Source: Clostridia bacterium (GTDB taxonomy: Bacteria; Bacillota; Clostridia; Christensenellales; UBA1242). Taken from it: a stretch of 64,000 nucleotides of DNA. The DNA is taken from the NCBI GenBank assembly GCA_041663585.1, contig JBAYMN010000003.1, forward strand, positions 2,438 to 66,437, in the 5' to 3' direction. Positions 54,208 through 62,803 of the stretch are shown here, piece by piece. The notes under the pieces are model-generated. The model was not told the DNA's origin. It searched no databases and was given only the letters and a program-made list of their open reading frames with translations. Position 1 is the first letter of the stretch. Every line of letters starts with the position of its first letter. Both the position numbers and the translations under genes were made by a program.

Positions 54208-54219
54208 AACACACCTAAA

Positions 54220-55071
54220 TTAAAAATTAAAATCAGAAAACTTTTCAAGCATAATTTTGCCCATTCTACCTTTTCTAAAATCATCAATTATAGCATTTGA
54301 TCCACGAACAAAATCAGGCTCGTTGCCCTTTAATATAAATCCCCTAGCAAAGCAAATTTCACACAAAATTTCAAGTGGAGTTTTTTCTAATAGTTCTTTA
54401 ACACCATATCTATTTTGAAATACATTTTTACTTTTAAAATCTTCAATAAATGTAAGTGCCAATTCATAAATATCTAGCACTTCATCTTTAATACTGCCAA
54501 TGTATGCAAGATTTTTTGCTACATTTTTATTTTCAAACGATGGCCAAAGTGTACCGGGAGTATCAAGTACTTCAATCCCACTAGGTAATGTAATCCACTG
54601 TTTGCCTTTTGTAACGCCTGGGCGATTACCAGTAATTGCCTTGTATTTTCCACATAAATTGTTAATTAATGTGGACTTACCCGAATTAGGTACGCCAATG
54701 ATCATCAATCTAATCGGCATCGCAATATTTTTTCTAGCATAGCGCTCAATTTTTTCTTTAAGTAGCAACTTTGTGGCTTTTATAATTTCGGCACTAGAAT
54801 TTGTCATCGTACTGTTAATTATTACAGCACTAGAATTGCTAGTCGTAAAATGTTTAGCCCATGCTTTAACTTCTGTGGTTTCTACTAAATCAGCCTTGTT
54901 TAATGCATAAATAATTGGTTTGTTTTTAATAAGTTTTGCAAACTCAGGATTAATGCAGGACATAGGCGCACGAGAATCCAATACATACACAGCGGCATCT
55001 ATTACTTTTAACTCGTTTTCCATCATTCGTAATGCTTTGGTCATATGACCGGGAAACCATTGAATATCCAT
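54220..55071 (-). CDS. rbgA: Ribosome biogenesis GTPase RbgA (YlqF)
   Basis: IQWFPGHM, NKAD, GVPNSGKS, DTPG. Confidence 0.97.
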   Translation of the reverse strand: MDIQWFPGHMTKALRMMENELKVIDAAVYVLDSRAPMSCINPEFAKLIKNKPIIYALNKADLVETTEVKAWAKHFTTSNSSAVIINSTMTNSSAEIIKATKLLLKEKIERYARKNIAMPIRLMIIGVPNSGKSTLINNLCGKYKAITGNRPGVTKGKQWITLPSGIEVLDTPGTLWPSFENKNVAKNLAYIGSIKDEVLDIYELALTFIEDFKSKNVFQNRYGVKELLEKTPLEILCEICFARGFILKGNEPDFVRGSNAIIDDFRKGRMGKIMLEKFSDFNF

Positions 55072-55080
55072 AACTAATCC

Positions 55081-55806
55081 TTATTTTTTGCTTTTTAAAT
55101 CTTGCTCTTTCATTGATTTAATCTTTTCTTTTTTTAAATATTGTTTAAAAATATCTGGGCGATTTTTTTTAGTAATTTCTAAAATTTTTGTTTTTCGCCA
55201 CTTGTCAATTTCTTGATGATTACCACTTAATAATACACCAGGTACACTTTCGCCATTGAATATTTGCGGGCGTGTATACTGCGGATATTCAAGTAATCCA
55301 TTAGAAAAACTTTCTTCTTTTAAAGAGCCTTCACCAGTTAGCACATTAGGTACATAGCGTGCAACAGCATCTAATAGCACCATTGCTGGCAATTCGCCAC
55401 CTGTAAGCACATAATCACCTATGCAAATTTCTTCATCAATTTCTTGATCAAGTATTCGCTGGTCTACACCTTCATAATGCCCGCACAAAATAATTAAATG
55501 TTCGTACTTAGAAAGTTCTTCAACTTTTGTTTGATTTAATAAACTACCTTTTGCCGACATATAAACTATATGTGAATTTGGCGTTTTAACGCTTTTTAAA
55601 CAGTTATGGATAGGTTCTGGAATCATAACCATTCCAGCGCCACCACCATAAGGATAATCATCACATTGCTGATGCTTACCTTTTGCAAAGTTACGAATGT
55701 CAGTAATACTAATGTCTAATATCCCTGCTTTTTTAGCCCTTTCTATAATACTATAATTTAAAGGGCTAAACATTTCGGGAAATAAAGTTAAAACATCAAT
55801 TTTCAT
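55081..55806 (-). CDS. trmD: tRNA m1G37 methyltransferase
   Basis: DDYPYGGGAGM, CGHYEGVD, GDYVLTGGE, LEYPQYTRP. Confidence 0.98.
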   Translation of the reverse strand: MKIDVLTLFPEMFSPLNYSIIERAKKAGILDISITDIRNFAKGKHQQCDDYPYGGGAGMVMIPEPIHNCLKSVKTPNSHIVYMSAKGSLLNQTKVEELSKYEHLIILCGHYEGVDQRILDQEIDEEICIGDYVLTGGELPAMVLLDAVARYVPNVLTGEGSLKEESFSNGLLEYPQYTRPQIFNGESVPGVLLSGNHQEIDKWRKTKILEITKKNRPDIFKQYLKKEKIKSMKEQDLKSKK

Positions 55807-56314
55807 TAGTGCAAACCTCTTTAAATCGGTATTTATTAACCGTAATTTGCTTGTTTACAATATCAACTTTTAATACAACAGTATCTATAAACGGAAACAA
55901 ATTCTCACCTTTTCCAGTGTCTATTGTAATAATATCAGCAGAGCCAAACTGATCTAAGTCTGTAACCCTGCCCAAAACGTCGCCATTTTCAGTTATTACA
56001 GAGCAACCAATAATATCATTAATATAATAGTTATTTTTACCTATTACTTTTTCAGCGATTTGTTTTTTTTCAGCAAATAAGTTTATGCCACGAAGTTTGT
56101 CCGAAGTATTGCGATCAACAACATTTTCTAGCATTAAGTAAGCAAAATTCATCGCCACTCTAAGTGATAATATTTTTTTGCTTTCTTTATTACTACCTAA
56201 ATACACAACTCGTAAATTCTTAAAATTATCAGCAAAATCAGTTAAAGGCTTAACTTTAACTTCTCCTTTAATCCCATGGGAACTCACAATTTGTCCTATT
56301 TCTATAAATTCCAT
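55796..56314 (-). CDS. rimM: 16S rRNA processing protein
   Basis: IGQIVSSHGIKGEV, PRC-barrel YYINDIIGC. Confidence 0.95.
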   Translation of the reverse strand: MEFIEIGQIVSSHGIKGEVKVKPLTDFADNFKNLRVVYLGSNKESKKILSLRVAMNFAYLMLENVVDRNTSDKLRGINLFAEKKQIAEKVIGKNNYYINDIIGCSVITENGDVLGRVTDLDQFGSADIITIDTGKGENLFPFIDTVVLKVDIVNKQITVNKYRFKEVCTNEN

Positions 56315-56340
56315 ATACACTTCCAAATAAAGCAACAGAC

Positions 56341-56649
56341 TTACTCTGCATCTTCTCCGTTATCTACTTCATCTACCAAATTATCATCAAGTTCGGCATT
56401 TAAAACTGTGATTTTTTCTAGCGAATCAATTTGAACATTATAGCGTTTGCCACTTTTTATAGCGAGCGATTTAATTATAGTCCTAATTGAGCCTGCAACT
56501 CTGCCATGTTTACCAATAATTTTGCCCATATCCTCTTCGGCAACAAGTACTTTAATAATATTAGCACCGTTTTCTTCTACCGTAGATACTTGAACCTTAT
56601 CAGGAAATTCAGCAAGTTGTTTTACAATATACTCTACTACTTTTTCCAT
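56341..56649 (-). CDS. khpA: KH-domain RNA-binding protein with an acidic C-terminal tail
   Basis: DMGKIIGKHGRVAGSIRTI; position between rpsP and rimM. Confidence 0.9.
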   Translation of the reverse strand: MEKVVEYIVKQLAEFPDKVQVSTVEENGANIIKVLVAEEDMGKIIGKHGRVAGSIRTIIKSLAIKSGKRYNVQIDSLEKITVLNAELDDNLVDEVDNGEDAE

Positions 56650-56727
56650 ATTCATTCCTTTTTTGTTTAATGGTACACAAACATAAAATTTTTTATTTTT
56701 GCGTCCACACATTTTATCAATCTAAAA

Positions 56728-56994
56728 CTATTTAGTTGCTTTTTTTGATGGTTCCAAAACGCCAGCTTTAACTAAAATATTGCGAGCGGTTTCGGTTGGT
56801 TGAGCGCCTTTTGTAATCCATTCTTCCGCTTTTACCGTATCAACTTTAATTTGATTTTCTTTGATTAACGGATTATAAGTACCCAATTGTTCAATAAACT
56901 TGCCATCGCGTGGGGAGTGTGAATCCGCTACTACCAAACGATAAAATGGCGAATGCTTATCTCCTAATCTTGTTAATCTGATTTTTACTGCCAT
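56728..56994 (-). CDS. rpsP: 30S ribosomal protein S16
   Basis: [11 protein letters not shown]...[19 protein letters not shown]. Confidence 0.98.
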   Translation of the reverse strand: MAVKIRLTRLGDKHSPFYRLVVADSHSPRDGKFIEQLGTYNPLIKENQIKVDTVKAEEWITKGAQPTETARNILVKAGVLEPSKKATK

Positions 56995-57090
56995 AAAATT
57001 TTCCTCCATATGAAAATATTTTTATATATTAATTTCTTAAAAACTTAAATATTAATTTTTAAAAAGATTAATTAATTTGTTTGCATTAAT

Positions 57091-58410
57091 TTAAAAGGGA
57101 AAACGCAAGCCCTTGCCACTAGAAAATTGTTTCATTAATTGTTTAGTTTGTTCAAATTGTTTTAATAACTGGTTTACTTCACTGATTGTTGTCCCGCTAC
57201 CATCGGCTATTCGCTTTTTTTGATTACCTTTTATAATGTCGGGATTAATGCGTTCTCTTTTAGTCATACTCAGTATTATTGCTTTATTTTTTTGTATGAT
57301 TTTTTCATCAACCTGTGGGTTAACACCTTTTAATTTATTGCCCATTCCGGGAATCATTGCCATAATATCGGTTAGACTGCCCATCTTTTTTAAGTTTTCA
57401 AATTGAACTAAGTAATCTTCAAGCGTAAAGTTGTTTTTTCTAAACGATTCTTCCATTTTTTTAGCGGTCTTTTCATCTATGGATTCCTGTGCTTTTTCTA
57501 TTAAAGTAAGCACATCTCCCATACCTAAAATTCGCGAAGCCATTCGGTCGGGGTAAAATGGCTCTAAATTTGCAAGTTTTTCGCCTACCGAACAGAACTT
57601 AATAGGTTTTCCAATTACCGCTCTAATAGATAATGCAGCACCGCCCCTAGTATCGCCATCAAGTTTTGTAAGTACAACTCCGGTAATATCTAATTTGTCA
57701 TTGAATGCTACCGCTGTGTTAACAGCATCTTGTCCTGTCATAGAATCTACAACCAATAAAATTTCAATAGGTTTTACAGCGTTTTTTATGTCAACTAATT
57801 CTTGCATTAATTCTTCATTAATCTGCATTCTGCCGGCTGTATCAAGTAGTATTGCATCATAACCTAATTTAGTAGCATATTCAACCGCTTGTTTGGCGAT
57901 TTTAACTGGATTTTGCTTGCCTTGTTCAAACACTTCTACATCAATAGACTTCGCCACAACTTGTAATTGAGTGATTGCCGCCGGTCTATAAATATCGCAA
58001 GCCACTAAAAGTGGTTTTTTGCCTTGTTTTTTAAGTGTTAATGCAAGTTTCCCCGCTAATGTAGTTTTGCCCGCACCTTGTAGTCCACACAACATTATAA
58101 CAGCAGGATTAATTGAGCCAAAGTTTAATTTAGAATTTATTCCACCCATTAAATTAGTAAGTTCTTCATTTACAACTTTAACAACTTGTTGAGCGGGGGT
58201 TAAACTTTCTAAAATAACTGTACTTTTTGCCTTTCCCGATATTTTGCTTATAAAATTTTTAACAACTAAAAAATTAACATCGGCTTCAAGCAATGCAAGT
58301 TTAACTTCACGCATTGCTTTGTCTATGTCATCAGAAGTTAAACGACCATGTCCGCTTAATTTAATAAAAATATCATTAAGTTTTGTGCTGAGTGAAGAAA
58401 ATAAACTCAT
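57091..58410 (-). CDS. ffh: Signal recognition particle protein
   Basis: GLQGAGKTT, DTAGR, TKLD, M-domain. Confidence 0.98.
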   Translation of the reverse strand: MSLFSSLSTKLNDIFIKLSGHGRLTSDDIDKAMREVKLALLEADVNFLVVKNFISKISGKAKSTVILESLTPAQQVVKVVNEELTNLMGGINSKLNFGSINPAVIMLCGLQGAGKTTLAGKLALTLKKQGKKPLLVACDIYRPAAITQLQVVAKSIDVEVFEQGKQNPVKIAKQAVEYATKLGYDAILLDTAGRMQINEELMQELVDIKNAVKPIEILLVVDSMTGQDAVNTAVAFNDKLDITGVVLTKLDGDTRGGAALSIRAVIGKPIKFCSVGEKLANLEPFYPDRMASRILGMGDVLTLIEKAQESIDEKTAKKMEESFRKNNFTLEDYLVQFENLKKMGSLTDIMAMIPGMGNKLKGVNPQVDEKIIQKNKAIILSMTKRERINPDIIKGNQKKRIADGSGTTISEVNQLLKQFEQTKQLMKQFSSGKGLRFPF

Positions 58411-58431
58411 TAATTTCTCCTAAACTAATTT

Positions 58432-58767
58432 TTATGGCACAATAGTATCTAAAATTTGCTTTATGCTGGTAATCAGTTGATTTTTTTCAATTTTTTCATC
58501 TTGTACTTTCTGTATAAGTGACTCAACTAAATCTTTTGCCAGCATATAACGCTCTAATAATTTAAAATTGGTTTCTAATTTATTTAAAGTGTTTACAGCC
58601 CGCCTAAGTAAGTCGCTTATTGCCTGCCTTGTTACGCCAAATTCTTCGGCAATTTCCTTTAAACTTTGATTTTGGTCATAGTATTTATTTACAATTTCGT
58701 TCTGCTTTTTGGTAAGATTATTGCCATAAAATTCCGCAAGCAGACTTATTTTTAAATTCTTATCCAT
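58432..58767 (-). CDS. ylxM: YlxM family regulator
   Basis: LAEFYGNNLTKKQ...SLKEIAEEFGVTRQA; directly upstream of ffh; promoter TTGACA-17-TATACT at 58813-58841. Confidence 0.92.
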   Translation of the reverse strand: MDKNLKISLLAEFYGNNLTKKQNEIVNKYYDQNQSLKEIAEEFGVTRQAISDLLRRAVNTLNKLETNFKLLERYMLAKDLVESLIQKVQDEKIEKNQLITSIKQILDTIVP

Positions 58768-58904
58768 AACAAATCACCCTTAAAGGTGTAAAGTATTTTT
58801 ACTTTACAGCAGAGTATACACTAGCATATAAATTTTGTCAATATTTTTATACAACTTTTTGAGAAGTTTCGTTTTTTTAAATTATTAATTTGTTTAAAAA
58901 ATGC

Positions 58905-58929
58905 AAAAAGAGGTAATTAGCCTCTTTTT
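58905..58929 (-). terminator. Terminator of rnpB
   Basis: AAAAAGAGG-7nt-CCTCTTTTT. Confidence 0.75.
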
Positions 58930-58939
58930 TTACACAAAT

Positions 58940-59273
58940 CAGAATAGTCTATAAGCCGAGTTCTGTATTAAACGACCATCTATCTAGACCTAATATTTCT
59001 AATAGGTTCCAGCGATTCTTTGAAAGCACGGCGGGCAGCCTTAACGCTTTCATTCGATCTTGCATCAAGTGGGGTTTACATAATCACCAAGTTACCATGG
59101 TGTTGGTGAGCTCTTACCTCGCCTTTCCATCCTTACATATTGCTATGCGGTATATCTCTGTTGCACTTTCCTTGGAGTCGCCTCCACCGGTAGTTAGCCG
59201 GCACCCTGCCCTATGATGCTCGGACTTTCCTCATTATATATTACTATATACTGCGGTCGTCTGGCTATCTGAC
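58940..59273 (-). ncRNA. rnpB: RNase P RNA, bacterial type A
   Basis: Conserved GAGGAAAGTCCG, GTGCAACAGA, GGTAAGAGCTCACC, AAACCCCAC...GCAAG and ACAGAACTCGGCTTA segments. Confidence 0.96.
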
Positions 59274-59279
59274 TTGTAG

Positions 59280-59308
59280 ATTATAACATTGCCAAATAAC
59301 TTTGTCAA
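59280..59308 (-). promoter_or_regulatory. Consensus sigmaA promoter of rnpB
   Basis: TTGACA-17nt-TATAAT. Confidence 0.9.
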
Positions 59309-59315
59309 TATTTTT

Positions 59316-59566
59316 ATTCCGCTTGCCTAACGGGCAAGCGGAATTTTTTGTTCCGCCGTCGCTACCGCTAGGCAGAAATCGGCACCGCACAAAAACAATC
59401 TATGCAAGTCTTAGGCTTTGCCTGACTTGCTTATTTTGAGTGATAACCTATGAAGGAAGGGATTAGCGGAATATAATTCCGCGGTTAAAAGGGAAACGCA
59501 CGAGCCCAGCGGTTAGCAAATTTTAATTTTCGTGTCCGCTACTTATCGGCTCGTGGTTTCCCTTTT
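59316..59566. repeat. GC-rich multi-hairpin element, including REP-like copy 2 at 59317-59339
   Basis: Four inverted repeats: 59316-59344, 59404-59430, 59466-59482, 59487-59566. Confidence 0.65.
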
Positions 59567-59640
59567 GAAGTTGTACATGCAAAATAAGACATAATGCGAC
59601 ATATATTATTAATGCAATTAAAAGGAGTGTGCCGCAAAAA

Positions 59641-60342
59641 ATGATAATTGAAAGCTTTGTAACCTTTATGAACAAGATAATGCTTTTTTCGGCGTACATC
59701 AATAATAACTCTTCTTTTCCAAAACCTTTGACACTTGAACAAGAAAAAGAATGCTTTGAAAGGTTGAAAAAAGGAGATATGGAGGCAAAGGAAACACTTA
59801 TTAATCATAATTTAAGATTGGTGGCACACATAGTAAAAAAATATAGCAATGCTGCAGAAGCCGATGATTTAATTTCGGTTGGATCAATTGGATTAATTAA
59901 AGCAATAAACACATTTGAATATGGTAAAGGCACACAGTTATCTACTTATGCCGCACGCTGTATAGAAAACGAAATTTTAATGTTAATACGCGTAAACAAA
60001 AAGCACAAATCGGTTTTTTCTTTAAGCGAAAAATTAGGCAATGATAAAGATGGAAACGAAATATGTTTAATGGATATTATAAGCACGGGCGAAGAAACTG
60101 TTATTGACCAAGTCGAATCAAACATTTTGACCGAAAAACTAATTGCAATTATTAAAAAAACGCTTTCGCCACGCGAATTCAGCATTATTTGTATGCGGTA
60201 TGGTGTTGGCGGAGTACCAGCATTAACCCAACGAGAAGTAGCAAAAAAACTAGGAATTTCCCGTTCTTATATTTCCCGTTTAGAAAAAAAATCGCTAGAA
60301 TTAATCCGCCTAAAAGTAAAACAAAACGACCTGTTTTTTTAA
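59641..60342 (+). CDS. sigK: Sporulation sigma factor K (pro-form, uninterrupted)
   Basis: Hydrophobic pro-sequence then Y-INNNSSFPKPL, HNLRLVAHIVKKY, TYAARCIENEILM, TQREVAKKLGISRSYISRLEK. Start may be GTG 59629 instead. Confidence 0.93.
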   Translation: MIIESFVTFMNKIMLFSAYINNNSSFPKPLTLEQEKECFERLKKGDMEAKETLINHNLRLVAHIVKKYSNAAEADDLISVGSIGLIKAINTFEYGKGTQLSTYAARCIENEILMLIRVNKKHKSVFSLSEKLGNDKDGNEICLMDIISTGEETVIDQVESNILTEKLIAIIKKTLSPREFSIICMRYGVGGVPALTQREVAKKLGISRSYISRLEKKSLELIRLKVKQNDLFF

Positions 60343-60370
60343 CACAAATCTAATTTTGATTTTATAAAAA

Positions 60371-61096
60371 TTACTTTTTAAATACAAATATATATTCATG
60401 AGCTAACAGTAAAAAATTGTATTTTTCACTATTAGTTTTCCAAAATCCGGTTGCTTTGCAGTTATGCTGCTCTTTTATAATTATTTCCTTTATTTTAAAT
60501 CCAGCCGAAATAAATTTTTGCATGGTTTCAAATCCAAGAGGATAAACCATACCATGACTTCTTGTATCACCCATAACAATTGCACAAAACTTACCATCTT
60601 TTAAAACTCTGTAACTTTCTTTCGCTACATCTTCAATTTTATTTAAGAATTCTTTTGTTTTAAGATGTGATAAATCTCCATCTATATTTTCGCTATATTT
60701 TATAATGTTTGCATATGGCGGATGCGTACATACAAGATCAATTGACTCATCATTAAGTTTATATAAATCACAAGCATTACCAACAAATGTTTGTATTTTT
60801 GGACTATTTATTGAATCAAAAATTAATTTTGAGTTTGTATTGTCAATAGCAACTGGGTTTATATCTATTCCAATGGCATTTCTATTATTTAATTTGCATT
60901 CAATTAAAGTAGTACCCCCACCAACAAACTGGTCTAGTACTGTGTCATTCTCTTTTGAGTATCTTAATATTAAATTTTTTGCAACAAACGGAGAAAAATT
61001 ACCACGATATTTTGCATCATGTGTCGCCCATTTTCCGCGTATTGGGAAGCTCCAAATAGTATTTGTTTCTAATTCAAAATTGCTTTTATCTTCCAT
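60371..61096 (-). CDS. Amino (m6A/m4C) DNA methyltransferase, second MTase of the DpnII-type cassette
   Basis: Motif I DQFVGGGTT, motif IV HPPY, C-terminal HEYIFVF. Confidence 0.85.
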   Translation of the reverse strand: MEDKSNFELETNTIWSFPIRGKWATHDAKYRGNFSPFVAKNLILRYSKENDTVLDQFVGGGTTLIECKLNNRNAIGIDINPVAIDNTNSKLIFDSINSPKIQTFVGNACDLYKLNDESIDLVCTHPPYANIIKYSENIDGDLSHLKTKEFLNKIEDVAKESYRVLKDGKFCAIVMGDTRSHGMVYPLGFETMQKFISAGFKIKEIIIKEQHNCKATGFWKTNSEKYNFLLLAHEYIFVFKK

Positions 61097-61105
61097 TAAA
61101 CACCA

Positions 61106-61963
61106 TTACACCAATAAGTCTTTTAATCTACCAATTTCTAAATCATTAATATTATATAAATTTTCTAGGATATCAAAGGTTTCTTCTAAATTATTTTTTG
61201 CATCTGCCCAACCGAGACCATCGGTTATCCAAATAAATTTAAAACCTTTTATATTTTTTGATTCTAGTGCAAGGGTTTTGTAACTTCTTGCAGTTTCATT
61301 AAGTTTTGAACCACCGCTTGAATAAAAATTTGTTTCAATTGCATATATTATATTTTTTGTTTTAACAACATAATCAAATCTTTTTGTTACTTTACCACTA
61401 TTAGAAAGGGCTGATAAATCAATATTCCATTTGCTTTCAATGTCTTTTAAATACATTTCTTTAAAATAATTTTTATTTTTTTCAAAGCCAACTTTTTCAA
61501 TATATCCCTCAACAACATTTTCCATCAAGTGTCCACCGCGATTTTTTCTTCCATTTGAGCCTAATCCAACTTCAATGCCCATAGCATAATCAACAAGATT
61601 GTTAATAAGATGATTTGAAATTAAATCAAACAAGCCAGTTTTTACCATAAACTGCTTTAAAAGTGAAATGTCATTTATTGTTGTAAAGTTGTATTTAAAT
61701 TTTTCGCCGTTATCGATTACTTTTATTTCTTTTTCCCTTACCGCAATAAGTAGTGGTAAACATTTTTTAATTTCAGGATATTTAGTAAATAGTTTATCAA
61801 AGTCATTTTCAATATTTTTTGAACCAATAAGAGAATTAAGTAAATTTAGTTCTACTTTAATTAAATCAATATTTGCATATACCTTTCCGAAGTCTACATA
61901 ATAACCATATGTAGAAATGCTGTCTGTAAATTTACTAAACCAATTTTTAAAATCTCTTTTCAT
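61106..61963 (-). CDS. DpnII/MboI-family type II restriction endonuclease (probably GATC)
   Basis: YYVDFGKVY...VELNLLNSLIG, GVEVG-like GIEVGLGSNGRKNRGG, KRFD, IETNFYSSGGSKLNETARSY, WITDG. Confidence 0.9.
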   Translation of the reverse strand: MKRDFKNWFSKFTDSISTYGYYVDFGKVYANIDLIKVELNLLNSLIGSKNIENDFDKLFTKYPEIKKCLPLLIAVREKEIKVIDNGEKFKYNFTTINDISLLKQFMVKTGLFDLISNHLINNLVDYAMGIEVGLGSNGRKNRGGHLMENVVEGYIEKVGFEKNKNYFKEMYLKDIESKWNIDLSALSNSGKVTKRFDYVVKTKNIIYAIETNFYSSGGSKLNETARSYKTLALESKNIKGFKFIWITDGLGWADAKNNLEETFDILENLYNINDLEIGRLKDLLV

Positions 61964-61972
61964 AAATTACTC

Positions 61973-62803
61973 CTATTTTATTTCCACAAAAATTTGATCT
62001 TTTGCATAATACCAAACTGAAGTTTTTGAGACAAATAAATTATCTTTCGTTATTAATTCCAAATCTTTATATAATTGTGTAACCCCACCTAAATATGTCC
62101 TATCCGCATTAATTGAAAGTGTTAAGGTTTTATTATTACTAAATGCAATAGTTAATGTTTTTTGTTCATTTGGAATTGCTTTTACAATTTCTGTAGGTAT
62201 TCTAAGAATTCTAGCACGGATATCATTTTGTGAAATTTTTCTACTTATTACTATTTCAAATTTCTTATCTACTTCAGTGTTTTTATAAATAGTATCTTTT
62301 TTATCTAATGTTAACTTTTCAAGAGTTTTTTCATCAAATACAGGTTTTAGATTAAAACCTAAGCCCAGTGATATGCACTGTTGAATTAAGGCTTTACCAT
62401 CTATTAGAATTATTTGTCGGGATGCATCTTTTTCTGCAAAATTTCTTGCGTCCTTTGGAAATCTACCAGTAGTAATGAATATACCCTTGTAGTTTAAAGG
62501 CATAATTCCTCTTAATTCTCGCAAATCTTTAATAGACACGGTTGTATTTGGCTTATAACATTTAGCTTGTACATAGTATTTTATTTCATCTAAATTAGAT
62601 AGCCCATCAATTCCGTTTTTAGAACAAGTTAAATCAATTCCCCCGTCTCTTGATTTTTGTGTAACAAAAACTTCTTCCAATCCGATTTTTTCTAAAAATA
62701 TTTTTAGGAATTCTTCAAACTCATATCCATTATTAAATGAATTATATAAAGATTCAACACTTTGATTTAATTCGGCATCATTTAATTCAATTATATTACT
62801 CAT
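61973..62803 (-). CDS. Mrr-like nuclease domain fused to a C-terminal B3/EcoRII-N-like domain
   Basis: GYEFEEF...DGGID...VQAK (D-QxK) Mrr catalytic core; C-terminus RKISQNDIRARILRIP...TYLGGVTQLYKDLEL; ATGA overlap with the dam gene. Confidence 0.75.
   Translation of the reverse strand: MSNIIELNDAELNQSVESLYNSFNNGYEFEEFLKIFLEKIGLEEVFVTQKSRDGGIDLTCSKNGIDGLSNLDEIKYYVQAKCYKPNTTVSIKDLRELRGIMPLNYKGIFITTGRFPKDARNFAEKDASRQIILIDGKALIQQCISLGLGFNLKPVFDEKTLEKLTLDKKDTIYKNTEVDKKFEIVISRKISQNDIRARILRIPTEIVKAIPNEQKTLTIAFSNNKTLTLSINADRTYLGGVTQLYKDLELITKDNLFVSKTSVWYYAKDQIFVEIK

Noticed and set aside
59400-59570. SRP RNA, 6S RNA or a riboswitch
   Set aside because: GAAGGAAGG at 59452 only superficially resembles the SRP domain IV loop and lacks the flanking CAGG and CAGC pairing; no 6S central bubble or riboswitch consensus recognised by eye. 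An Infernal scan is still needed.
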